The notes under the pieces are model-generated. The model was not told where the DNA came from and did not search any database. It saw only the letters and a program-made list of their open reading frames with translations. A stretch of DNA of 64,000 bases from an uncultured Acidobacteriota bacterium (GTDB lineage: Bacteria; Acidobacteriota; UBA6911), in the NCBI GenBank assembly GCA_963827655.1, contig CAWHCF010000017.1:41584-105583 (forward strand), written 5' to 3'. The translations under genes were made by a program, and so were the position numbers. Shown here one piece after another: positions 11,178-20,395 of the stretch (the first letter of the stretch is position 1; each line of letters starts with the position of its first letter).

Positions 11178-11440
11178 GGCGAATTCGTCAGGGCTTGGTT
11201 GCCTGGATCTCCAGCCCGGTGCAGATGTTGGCGCGGTGCGTCTGGAACCGTGCGGTAGCTGAAAAGAGTGCCTCGGCTATCCCCGGGCTGGTCTTGTATT
11301 CGGAGATCAGCTTGAGAATGCGCCGCTTGGCTGGGCGGCCAGGTCGTCGAGCCCAGGCCTATGCCGGTCACGACCGGCGCCGGGCGGGGGTCCGCTGGAT
11401 CAGGCAGGAGGAATGGCCGGGGCTGGCGTAGTAATCCCCG
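11178..11440 (-). pseudogene. Eroded C-terminal LuxR/NarL-type HTH of a response regulator
   Basis: Across frameshifts the sequence reads DYYASP...PGLDDL...KRRILKLISEYKTSPGIAEALF-SYRTV-QTHRANICTGLEI, matching the NarL HTH consensus. Confidence 0.6.
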
Positions 11441-11462
11441 GCACTCAAAGAAACGCTAAGGG

Positions 11463-13274
11463 CTACCGGTTTTGGGCCGCTGCGCTTTCCGTGCCGGCGT
11501 AATAGCCTCGTCGGGCATTGATGGAATAGTCGCTGTTCAGGCGACCGAAGCGGTCGTTGAGGCGAACCTCGATTCTGCGAAAGGTACTGTCACGGGTGCC
11601 GTTGCTGGATTGGTATCCCAGGGTGTAACGCAGCTTCAACCGCGATATGGCCGCGGCCATGGCCGCGTCGAGCGAGCCGGTTGTAGAAACGTCAATGATT
11701 TCTCCGCCCGTCTCCTCCGTAACTTTACTCACGGAACCGAACCCGCCCAACCAGAGGGGGACCCGCATCGTCACCGGCGCTGCCTCCCCCGCAGTTTTCA
11801 CGCTATAAATGACGGTTTCCGTTTCCATCGCGAATCGAATGAGCTGGTCCTGGCTCATGCGCGGCCTGGTGGTGGCCAGGTTGTCTGAGATCAGGATGAC
11901 CGCGCGGCGCTTGTCCGGCGCAACCAGGCTGAGGTAGTTTACCGCGTCGAAGAGCCCATCAACGATATTAGTGCCGCCGCCGGCGCGGATCTCAGAGATG
12001 CGATCGGCGATTCGCTGACGGTCGGTGGTCAAGTCTTCGAGCCGCTGCACCTCTCCGGCAAAGGTAAACAGGGCGACCTGGTCGCCACGCTTAAGCTGTG
12101 ACAGCGCCTTATAGGCGGCCTGGCGTATCTCGGACATGTAGGGGGCGACACTCCCGCTGCGATCAATCACGAGAGCGAGGGCCAGAGGCAGTTCATCGCG
12201 GGAGAAGGACTGGATCTCCTGTTCGATTCCGTCTTCAAAGATCCGAAAATCCGGCTGTTTCAAGTTCTCGAGAGGGCGGCCGCCCCGGTCGCGCACTATG
12301 GCGTCGACCATCACCAGCCGCACGTCGACTTTGAGCTTGTATCCGCCGGAGTCCCAGTCGGGCGGAGAAGGGAGAGGCGCACTCGAAGGCGGGATCGGCT
12401 GGCGGGATGCAGCCTCGGCCGGGGCAGGGCCAGGATCGGCGGATTCAGCTTCGTCCTTCGTGAAATCGGGAACGGGTTCTACCTTGTCCTCCACCGGTCG
12501 AGTATCGCGGGTCGACGGAAACCTGCTGAGAATCGGGCGCGACGGAGACGGTGACGGAGATGGTGAGGGCGGCGAAGTATTTTGAGCTATCTGAATTGAG
12601 CGCTGTACGGCGGTGACGGGAACGCTGAAAGCCTGGTCGAACATGGCTTCAAACAGCATGTCACGCGGCAAATCGAGATCGGGGCCGCGCTGAAGCAGGA
12701 TGCTGGCCAGACCGATCCCTGCCCCAATGGCTCCTCCGTAAGCAGCGCCTTTAACTCCTCCAGCCATGGTACCAAGGACGGCGCCCTGCAGTCCCCCTTG
12801 AGCCACGACCGTAATGCTCCCGCCGTTGCCGGCTTCACCTTTTAACTGAGGCTCGCCTTTCTTGGCTTTGTCTACCTGGGTCAAACCAGCTCGCGTCACG
12901 CTCGCTTTGAGGGGCAGGTTGGTGCCGTCGGGAAGGCGAACCTCCTCAAAACGCAACCTGAGCTCGGCGCGCCCCTTGACTCGACCCGGACGTTGAACCT
13001 TGCTGACGGTGGCAGTGACCGAGCTTCCGCTTGGAATCGCGATCTCGCCGCCGACTCGAACGGGTTCGATCGTTCTGAAGTGAACCCGGTCGCCCTGACG
13101 TGAGGTCTGGGTATGAAGCGACGTCTCGAGTTGCAAGATCAGCCTCTCACCCGAGGGGACCGCGAGGGAATCAGCCGAGGGGCCGCTCGACTGCGCCAGG
13201 AGAGATGAGAATGGAGCAACCATCGCTCCCAGCACAAGAATTGCCACGCTGAGGACTGGTTTTAGGTAAGTCAT
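11463..13274 (-). CDS. Secreted protein: TrbI/VirB10-like beta domain, glycine zipper, Pro-rich linker and Acidobacterial VWA domain
   Basis: N-terminal LETSLHTQTSRQGDRV...IPSGSSVTATV...GRVKGRAELRLRF; C-terminal VDVRLVMVDAIVRD, MIDAS DRSGS, ILISD, ETGG and YTLGY. Confidence 0.8.
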   Translation of the reverse strand: MTYLKPVLSVAILVLGAMVAPFSSLLAQSSGPSADSLAVPSGERLILQLETSLHTQTSRQGDRVHFRTIEPVRVGGEIAIPSGSSVTATVSKVQRPGRVKGRAELRLRFEEVRLPDGTNLPLKASVTRAGLTQVDKAKKGEPQLKGEAGNGGSITVVAQGGLQGAVLGTMAGGVKGAAYGGAIGAGIGLASILLQRGPDLDLPRDMLFEAMFDQAFSVPVTAVQRSIQIAQNTSPPSPSPSPSPSRPILSRFPSTRDTRPVEDKVEPVPDFTKDEAESADPGPAPAEAASRQPIPPSSAPLPSPPDWDSGGYKLKVDVRLVMVDAIVRDRGGRPLENLKQPDFRIFEDGIEQEIQSFSRDELPLALALVIDRSGSVAPYMSEIRQAAYKALSQLKRGDQVALFTFAGEVQRLEDLTTDRQRIADRISEIRAGGGTNIVDGLFDAVNYLSLVAPDKRRAVILISDNLATTRPRMSQDQLIRFAMETETVIYSVKTAGEAAPVTMRVPLWLGGFGSVSKVTEETGGEIIDVSTTGSLDAAMAAAISRLKLRYTLGYQSSNGTRDSTFRRIEVRLNDRFGRLNSDYSINARRGYYAGTESAAAQNR

Positions 13275-13678
13275 GGTGCGGTTCCTTGAAACACGTTAAA
13301 TACGTACAAAAATGCTAAGTATTGTAGATGAAGAGAGGCTCTGGAATGGTTCAAAAAATTCCTCTACATTCTGAATCGAAGTAATTTGTGGTTTCTTCGT
13401 GACTTCGCGTCTTTTGGTTGACCAGCCAGGCATCAAGCCGGCATAGCCCCCTTCAGGTGTCGACCGCCGGATCAATTCACGGCGGGACCGATCCAGACCG
13501 TCTGGATGTTTACGAATTCTCGAATGCCGAACTCCGAAGCGCTTGAGCATTCTTCGGTCGCGGGATTGATCGATTCGATGATTCCGTGAGAAGCCATATT
13601 CACCTCCGGCAGGCCGGCAGCAGGGGCACCCGACTACGACCCACAGCTTTCAGCCTTCAGCCTACTGTTTACTGCGTA

Positions 13679-15361
13679 CTACTTGCTGCCTGTTACTGCT
13701 TGCTGCAACCTGGCAACCTGGGCGTCGATGACCGGGTCTTCGATCTTTTGGAACAGGATTTCCCTCGGCCCGAGGGGTTGGCCTTCAGGCAGCCTCAGCG
13801 TGGAGACCTCATCCCAGCGGCGGTAGTCGGGCGCCTTCAGCATCTGGCGCAGCTTTTCGGCCGAGAACGGCATGAAAGGCTCCATCAAGAGCGCGAGCGC
13901 CGCCTGGAGCTGCAGGGCGGTGTTGAGCGTAGTCGCGCACCGCGCCCGATCGGTCTTTGCCGTGGACCAGGGTGCCGCGTCGTTGAAATACTTGTTTCCG
14001 GCGCGGGCCAGATCCATCAATTCCCCTAACGCCCGCCGCACTTGAAATTCGTCCAGTGACTTTCCGATCCGGCCAGCGGCGGCGACCGTCTCGGCCAGAA
14101 TCGCGCAATCGACGGGGGCGAGCGGCCCCGCCGGAGGAACCTTTCCTTCAAATTGCCTCTCGATGAACGAGAGGGTGCGGTTCACCAGATTGCCCAGCAC
14201 GTCTGCGAGTTCACTATTGTTTCGGGTCTGGAAATCCTTCCACGCAAAGTCGGCGTCCTTGGTCTCAGGGGCATTGGCGGCCAGGTAATAGCGCAGGGGG
14301 TCAGGCGGGAAGATCTCCAGGTAGTCGTCGACCCATATCGCCCAGTTCCGGCTGGTGGAAAGCTTCTGTCCCTCAATCGTGAGAAACTCGTTGGCCGGGA
14401 CATTGTCGGGCAGAATGTAGTCTCCGTGGGCCATGAGCATGGCGGGCCACACGATCGCATGGAAGACGATATTATCCTTCCCGATGAAATGGATCAGCCG
14501 CGTGTTGCGATCGCACCAATAATCCTTCCAGCGCTCTGGAGTGTTCAGTTTCTGCGCCCATTCGACAGTGGATGAGATGTAGCCGATCGGGGCATCAAAC
14601 CAGACATAAAGCACTTTGCCTTTGGCTCCCTCCAGAGGGACCGGGATCCCCCAGTCAATGTCGCGCGTGATCGACCGGTCGGTCAGCCCTTCGTTGAACC
14701 AACCCGAGGAGAATTCGCGCACATTGCTTTTCCAGCGCGCCTTCGATTCCTGCCACTTCTCGAGAGCCTCTTGAAACTGCGAAAGTCTGAAATACCAGTG
14801 GAGCGTGGATCTCATTTCAGGCGCCGAGCCGCAAATCTTGCAGCGCGGGTTAATGAGCAACTCGGGTTCGAGCCAGCGGCCGCACGATTCGCACTGGTCA
14901 CCGCGGGCCCCGGGGCGATGGCAATGAGGACATTCCCCCTCGATATAGCGGTCGGGGAGAAATCGTCGGCACGTGACGCAGTAGTACTGCTTCACCTCCT
15001 GCTGTCGAATGTGCCCCTTGTCGTAGAGCTTCGAAAAAAAGTCTTGCGAGATCTTATGGTGCAACGGAAGAGAAGTGCGAGAGTAATTGTCGAAATTAAT
15101 ACCGAGAGCCCGAAAGCTCTCCTTTATCATCGAGTGGTACCGGTCCACGATCTCCTGCGGCGAAACACCCTCACGATCGGCGCGGATGGTAATCGGTACA
15201 CCGTGCTCGTCGGAGCCGCAGATGAAAACGACGTCGCTCCCTTTGAGCTGCTGATACCTGACGTAAACATCCGCCGGAATGTAGGCCCCGGCCAGATGGC
15301 CCAGGTGTAAGGGCCCATTGGCGTAGGGGAGGGCGGCGGTTACAAGTATTTTTTCAGGCAC
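13679..15361 (-). CDS. metG: Methionine--tRNA ligase (short form, no C-terminal tRNA-binding domain)
   Basis: LPYANGPLHLGH, GSDEHG, zinc knuckle CxxC pairs, YVWFDAPIGY, IGKDN and KLSTS. Confidence 0.97.
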   Translation of the reverse strand: MPEKILVTAALPYANGPLHLGHLAGAYIPADVYVRYQQLKGSDVVFICGSDEHGVPITIRADREGVSPQEIVDRYHSMIKESFRALGINFDNYSRTSLPLHHKISQDFFSKLYDKGHIRQQEVKQYYCVTCRRFLPDRYIEGECPHCHRPGARGDQCESCGRWLEPELLINPRCKICGSAPEMRSTLHWYFRLSQFQEALEKWQESKARWKSNVREFSSGWFNEGLTDRSITRDIDWGIPVPLEGAKGKVLYVWFDAPIGYISSTVEWAQKLNTPERWKDYWCDRNTRLIHFIGKDNIVFHAIVWPAMLMAHGDYILPDNVPANEFLTIEGQKLSTSRNWAIWVDDYLEIFPPDPLRYYLAANAPETKDADFAWKDFQTRNNSELADVLGNLVNRTLSFIERQFEGKVPPAGPLAPVDCAILAETVAAAGRIGKSLDEFQVRRALGELMDLARAGNKYFNDAAPWSTAKTDRARCATTLNTALQLQAALALLMEPFMPFSAEKLRQMLKAPDYRRWDEVSTLRLPEGQPLGPREILFQKIEDPVIDAQVARLQQAVTGSK

Positions 15362-15364
15362 TGC

Positions 15365-15676
15365 ATCCCTCCGGCGTCGTGGATAAAGAGCGTAATAGTA
15401 CCATACGCCTCAAATGGAGACTGACCATTGTCCCTGCGGCTTCAGGTCAAGAAATCGTCAATCGTCAATCGTCAATCGAGAGGTGGCTGGGGCGAGAGTT
15501 ACATAGTCGGTGAGGGCTTCATCCCTCCGGCGTCGTGGATAAAGAGCGTAATAGTACCATACGCCTCAAGGGAGACTGGCCATTGTCCCTGCGGCTTCAG
15601 GTCAAGAAAATCGTCAATCGTCAATCGTCAATCGAGAGGTGGCTGGGGCGAGAGTTACATAGTCGGTGAGGGCTTC
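15365..15676. repeat. Tandem duplication of a 156-bp unit (15365-15520, 15521-15676)
   Basis: Two near-identical copies, atccctccggcgtcgtgg...gtcggtgagggcttc, differing at a few positions. Each contains (atcgtca)x3. Confidence 0.95.
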
Positions 15677-16180
15677 GCGCGTCGACGGGAAGGCCAGCTC
15701 TTCCCAGGGAATCTCGGACGGCTCGAAGGCGCGTACTTCCTGGCTTTCGCTGGTTCGGCCGGCAACTCCTCCCGTCACCGTAGCGAGATACACAACCAGC
15801 ACGACTCCCACCTGGCTGTAAGAGTAGACATTCAGCAGGTCGTCGAGCCTGATATCGAGCAGTGTTTCTTCAAGGGTTTCTCGGATGGCAGCGTCGGGAA
15901 CGCGCTCCCCCAGGTCTACATAGCCGCCAGGGAATGTCCACCGGCCGTAGCCCGGTTCGATGTTGCGCCGCAGCAGCCAGATCCGGCCCTCCTGACGCGG
16001 TACGGCGGCGGCCACAATCTTTGGATTCAAGTAGTAGATGAAACTGCAGCCCGAACAGAATTTCCGCACGCGTTGCTCAAACTCGATAAACTTATCTTCG
16101 AGCTTTCCGCCGCAGCGCGGACAATACTTGACCCAGGTTGAATCGACGCTGTGCTGGTGTGGATGGTAAGTCGAATGCAT
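15614..16180 (-). CDS. NUDIX hydrolase with N-terminal zinc ribbon
   Basis: YCPRCG...CSGC, YLNPK and the Nudix box GGYVDLGERVPDAAIRETLEET. Confidence 0.9.
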   Translation of the reverse strand: MHSTYHPHQHSVDSTWVKYCPRCGGKLEDKFIEFEQRVRKFCSGCSFIYYLNPKIVAAAVPRQEGRIWLLRRNIEPGYGRWTFPGGYVDLGERVPDAAIRETLEETLLDIRLDDLLNVYSYSQVGVVLVVYLATVTGGVAGRTSESQEVRAFEPSEIPWEELAFPSTREALTDYVTLAPATSRLTIDD

Positions 16181-16296
16181 ATTCCGAGATTGTACGACCG
16201 AGGTCCAGTAGAAATCGAGAAGTATAGTAGCAGTAGGCAGTGGGCGGTAGCCAGTATGGCAATGCTGCCTGGTGCCTGCTGCATACTGATTTGTCC

Positions 16297-16740
16297 ATGA
16301 TTCGAGACTATCGGCCTGGGGATTTCTGGCGCCTCTACGAGATCGACCATATCTGCTTCCGGTCTGATGTGTCCTATTCTCGAGCCGAGCTTCTCTTCTA
16401 CTTGAAGCATCCTCAGTCCATTACCCGAGTTGCTCAAATGAAAAAGGAGATTCTCGGGTTTGCCATAGGGCGAATTGAGACGGACCGGTCGGCTCACGTT
16501 CTGACGTTAGACGTGGTGCCTGAGGCGCGCCGGCGAAAAATCGGAACCGCGTTGATGGCATCCCTGCACGATGCGTTCAAGGAACAAAGGGTGGTGATGA
16601 GCTTTCTGGAAGTGGACTCGGCCGACCAGGGGGCGCAGCTGTTCTACCAGGCGATGAACTACAGATATGTTGAAACTCTGAGGGGTTACTATGGGGGGCG
16701 AAGCGACGCCTATCGCTTGATGCGCGTGATGACTGCTTGA
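16297..16740 (+). CDS. GNAT N-acetyltransferase, RimI-like
   Basis: AHVLTLDVVPEARRRKIGTALM, LEV, FY and GYY..DA motifs. Confidence 0.85.
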   Translation: MIRDYRPGDFWRLYEIDHICFRSDVSYSRAELLFYLKHPQSITRVAQMKKEILGFAIGRIETDRSAHVLTLDVVPEARRRKIGTALMASLHDAFKEQRVVMSFLEVDSADQGAQLFYQAMNYRYVETLRGYYGGRSDAYRLMRVMTA

Positions 16741-16893
16741 TTGCAACAACCGCAAAAAATACGCAAAGAGCCGTGGGGCCACAACCAAAGTGATCCTGGT
16801 ATTTCTCGGCTCTTCGCGGTTAGCGCTGCGGAACAAATACCAACTTGGACACGAAGAAACGCCAGGATCTCGACGAGAGAATCCTGAAAACCG

Positions 16894-17967
16894 TCAGCTG
16901 TCTTTGGACTGATAACCTTTCCGAGTCAGAATCTTGACCTTGTCAGGCTTTCCGTCGTTGTTGATGTCCGCGACTACGTCTACCTTTATCTTCCTGTATT
17001 TCCCGTCCTTTTTGGTATTTGAGGAGGCGTAGGCCACGCTGTATTGACTGCGCAGCATGACGGAGACGTTGTTGAAAATGCTCGGGAACTCCGTGACGAA
17101 ACGCGGGAAGTAAGCCTCTCCTCCGGTGAATTCCGCAAATGATCGCAGCCGATTATCCGACATCAGCAATTCCAGATTGGTTTCAGGGCCGATATAGCCG
17201 GCGGCGTCGGCGCGAATCCGAAAGTTCTGCCCCAGACCTATGGCGTAAACGCTGGCGTTGGCGGCCTTGCACCTCTTCAAGGCCTCGTCGTAGGTGTGTT
17301 TGGAAAAGGTATCCAGCCCCGTTGAGACCAGCAATACCGCCACTTTTCCATCAATCTCCTCCGTGCGATCCAGGGTATCGATGAGCGCGTCGGAAAGATT
17401 GCTTTCGCTGAAAGCAGGATAGTTGAACCGCGCCAGGGCTTCGTGGAGCTTCTGGCGATCTTGCGTGAAGTCGCTGAGGATCGTCGGTCGCATGTCGTAG
17501 CCGATGACAGCCACCCAGTCTCCCGGTCGCAGAGTCTTGGCGAAACCGTAAATCGCCTCCCACACTTCGTAGATGAACCAGGAAACCTGCTTGCTGTACT
17601 CCACCAGCATCACCACCGTTATGTTGGCGTCCACCGGGGCGAAGTGGCTGATCTCCTGCTTGACGTTGTCTTCGTAAACGGTAAAGTGTTCCGGTCTCAA
17701 ACCGGTTATGACGTTTCCTTTCGGATCGGTTACCAGGACCTGGAGCGATACCAGATCAACGGCGACCGAAATGGCAGTTTGGCCTTTGGGCCGGTCCTGG
17801 TCTTGCTCGCCAGCCGCCGGCTTGGATGTTCGCTGAGGCGGACCTTGTTTCTTGGGCGGGTCCTGCGCGAATGCGCTCGGGGCGCCCGGCGGCAGCGATG
17901 AATCGCTGGTTGTCGACACGATCGAAGCCGCAAGAACAATCAAGAGCAAAAATGTGATCGATTTCAC
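16894..17967 (-). CDS. Acidobacterial VWA domain protein (non-canonical MIDAS, EYS / STG)
   Basis: ISVAVDLVSLQVLVTD, FTVYEDNVKQEI, FTGGEAYFP, QYSVAY and DGKYRKIKV. Confidence 0.85.
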   Translation of the reverse strand: MKSITFLLLIVLAASIVSTTSDSSLPPGAPSAFAQDPPKKQGPPQRTSKPAAGEQDQDRPKGQTAISVAVDLVSLQVLVTDPKGNVITGLRPEHFTVYEDNVKQEISHFAPVDANITVVMLVEYSKQVSWFIYEVWEAIYGFAKTLRPGDWVAVIGYDMRPTILSDFTQDRQKLHEALARFNYPAFSESNLSDALIDTLDRTEEIDGKVAVLLVSTGLDTFSKHTYDEALKRCKAANASVYAIGLGQNFRIRADAAGYIGPETNLELLMSDNRLRSFAEFTGGEAYFPRFVTEFPSIFNNVSVMLRSQYSVAYASSNTKKDGKYRKIKVDVVADINNDGKPDKVKILTRKGYQSKDS

Positions 17968-18194
17968 GACCTATCCTCCCCTGGGACAGAGTGGATTTTC
18001 CATGGGGCGAATGGTAACACAATCCGGCAGTGTTATGAAAGAAAGCTGAGATTTGGAAGCTTTGGGTGCGGGAGAGACACCTGCGCAGCGCGAAAAAGAG
18101 AAGTCGCAAAGAGTTTCTCCAAACTATTTGACCTTGGAAATTCAGGGTGACTATAATTCGGACGTTTTTCATGAAATGCGTATCGGAGGTAATC

Positions 18195-18452
18195 GTGAGC
18201 TACTGCCCCGAATGTGAGGCTGCAATCGATGATACTGAGATCGACGATGTCGGGGAAGTCCTTCCCTGCCCGGAGTGCGGCGTGGAACTTGAAGTAGTTT
18301 CCGTAGATCCTGTCGAATTCGACCTCGCGCCGATGGATGAGGACGAAGACGACGAGGATGAATATGACTTCGACGAAACGGATGAAGAAGAGGAGTGGGA
18401 CGATGAGAATTCCCACGACGATGAAGATGAAGATGACGAAGATAAGTACTAG
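18195..18452 (+). CDS. LysW-like zinc-ribbon protein with a long acidic tail
   Basis: GGAGGT RBS with GTG start; CPEC...GEVLPCPECGVELEVVSVDP, followed by about 40 mostly D/E residues. Confidence 0.75.
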   Translation: MSYCPECEAAIDDTEIDDVGEVLPCPECGVELEVVSVDPVEFDLAPMDEDEDDEDEYDFDETDEEEEWDDENSHDDEDEDDEDKY

Positions 18453-18536
18453 AATTATCCCTGCATGAGTCTGGCCTCCGTTTTATCGCATCTAAAAATC
18501 CAGCAACTCGGGGTTGTTATCCAAGAGGATTACTAG

Positions 18537-19235
18537 GTGCTGAATCATCTTAAGCTCCTGGTGTGGGACCTGGATTACCTCGTCTTCGACTGTTCAGCGC
18601 TCAAAGTTTCAGCTTTGCGCCAGAGCCTTATCTCATTTGCCGAATCGATTCCACAGAGTGTCCGCCTTCCTGATGCCATCGATGCCGAAGGGGGTTATCT
18701 CGACTATGGATTTCGCTGGCCCCAGTTTCTTGAGATTGGTCTTGATGAGGAGCGATTGGGGCAGTTTCAACGCGCCTTCCACATCCACCAGGACCGCTAT
18801 GTTCAAGCCGGTGTGGGCCGGGTTTATCCTGGAGTGCATGATTTTCTGATGGATTGCCGGAAGGGGGACATCCGCCTGGCGCTGGGCGCCGAGGCGAGCC
18901 GCGACTATCTCCTGGCCGTCACGGATCAACACAGACTCGACAACATATTCGATATGGCGCTGTGCACCGAGGAATTCGGTGTAGGTAGCGCCGACGAGAT
19001 GTTCGAGGAAATCATGAACCACACCGAGGTCTATCCGAGCGAAACCCTGGTGCTTGGAACCCGTCCGGCCTTTTTTCAGGCGGCGCACAACCTCGACCTG
19101 CTTACGGTTGGCTGCGGGTGGGGGCTGCGCCAGCAATACCGGCTCGCCGAAGCCGATCTGCAGGCGCCTGCGCTGTCGCATCTGCACGCGGTCATCGAGC
19201 AGGCCGACCACCTCTCTAATCGTTACTCGAGCTGA
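18537..19235 (+). CDS. HAD-like hydrolase (divergent; later motifs degenerate)
   Basis: LLVWDLD motif I, VYPGV, LVLGT where GD is usual, and GCGWG. Confidence 0.65.
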   Translation: MLNHLKLLVWDLDYLVFDCSALKVSALRQSLISFAESIPQSVRLPDAIDAEGGYLDYGFRWPQFLEIGLDEERLGQFQRAFHIHQDRYVQAGVGRVYPGVHDFLMDCRKGDIRLALGAEASRDYLLAVTDQHRLDNIFDMALCTEEFGVGSADEMFEEIMNHTEVYPSETLVLGTRPAFFQAAHNLDLLTVGCGWGLRQQYRLAEADLQAPALSHLHAVIEQADHLSNRYSS

Positions 19236-19252
19236 TTCCCGACAGAATCTAA

Positions 19253-19401
19253 GGGTTCGCGCAGAAATAAGTTCGCATTCTGCTGCAGGCCCCCAGACCC
19301 GCTGGCGAGGCGCGATCCTCAGCGTGCTTAGCGAACAGAAACCGGTTCATGATTAGCACCGATTCTCGCGCCAGAATGTGAAGTTATTTTTGCGCGAGCC
19401 C
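19253..19401. mobile_element. MITE of about 149 bp with about 30-bp imperfect terminal inverted repeats and a TAA target duplication
   Basis: taa|gggttcgcgcagaaataagttcgcattctg ... cagaatgtgaagttatttttgcgcgagccc|taa. Confidence 0.8.
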
Positions 19402-19465
19402 TAAAGGGCGCAAAGAAGGGCAGAGAACTTTTGTGTCCTGGTGTCTTCGTGGTAAAGTGTGACCC

Positions 19466-20284
19466 ATGGAACTGCATGAAAAGGAAGCCAGACTGGAAGC
19501 CCTGCTCAAGGAGCTCTCTCCGGTCATGGTGGCGTTCAGCGGGGGAGTGGATAGCTCGTACCTCGCGTATAAGGCCCACCAGGTTTTGGGCGACCGGGCG
19601 CTGGCCATCACGGCAGAGAGTCCCTCGGTTCCTTCGCATCAGCGCAAGATGGCACTCCAGGTGGCCTCGCAGTTCGGGTTCCTCCACGAGATCATTCATA
19701 CGGATGAAGTAACCCGCGACGATTATCGAGAGAACTCCCCGAATCGCTGCTACTTTTGCAAGGATGAGCTGTACAGCAGGCTCGCGGCGTTGGCGAAGGA
19801 ACGCGGATTTTCCGCCATAGTCGATGGACTGAATGCGGACGATCTGGGAGATTTTCGGCCCGGGCGCAAGGCAGCCCGCGAACAGGGAGTACGGAGTCCC
19901 CTGGTCGAGGCCGGGCTGCGCAAGGAGGAAATCCGCGAGCTGTCGCGGCGCGCAGGTCTCCCGACTGCAGACCAGCCTGCCTCGGCTTGCCTTTCTTCTC
20001 GTTTCCCATACGGTATCCAAATAACCGAGGAGAAACTGGCCATCGTGGACCGCGGAGAAGAGTCGCTGCGAGAAATGGGCTTCCGCGTGTTCAGGGTGCG
20101 GCACCACGAGGATACTGTACGGCTCGAATTCGGACCTGAGGATCTCAACCGCGCGCTCGATTTCGAAATGGCGAAGAAACTGACCTCCGTGTTCAAGCGC
20201 CTGGGATACAAATACGTAACGCTGGACCTGGAAGGATACCGCAGCGGTTCGCTCAACGAGGTGCTGGTCCGTAGCATTGATTAG
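19466..20284 (+). CDS. larE: ATP-dependent sulfur transferase, LarE family (PP-loop)
   Basis: AFSGGVDS, NRCYFCK, DFRPG, SACLSSRFPYG, RVRHH and LEGYRSGSLN. Confidence 0.9.
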   Translation: MELHEKEARLEALLKELSPVMVAFSGGVDSSYLAYKAHQVLGDRALAITAESPSVPSHQRKMALQVASQFGFLHEIIHTDEVTRDDYRENSPNRCYFCKDELYSRLAALAKERGFSAIVDGLNADDLGDFRPGRKAAREQGVRSPLVEAGLRKEEIRELSRRAGLPTADQPASACLSSRFPYGIQITEEKLAIVDRGEESLREMGFRVFRVRHHEDTVRLEFGPEDLNRALDFEMAKKLTSVFKRLGYKYVTLDLEGYRSGSLNEVLVRSID

Positions 20285-20395
20285 GCCGCCCGCCCTCCGA
20301 CGGTTTCGCGCGCAACTAGCGTTTCTTCGTGTCTCTGTGGTTAGTGCCGCTGATTAAACTCAACCGCGAAGACCGGCAGAAGTCGCCAGGATTTC

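Noticed and set aside
15365-15676. CRISPR-like repeat or T-box riboswitch upstream of metG
   Set aside because: These are two contiguous 156-bp copies with no spacers that include coding sequence of the NUDIX gene. No T-box consensus was seen.
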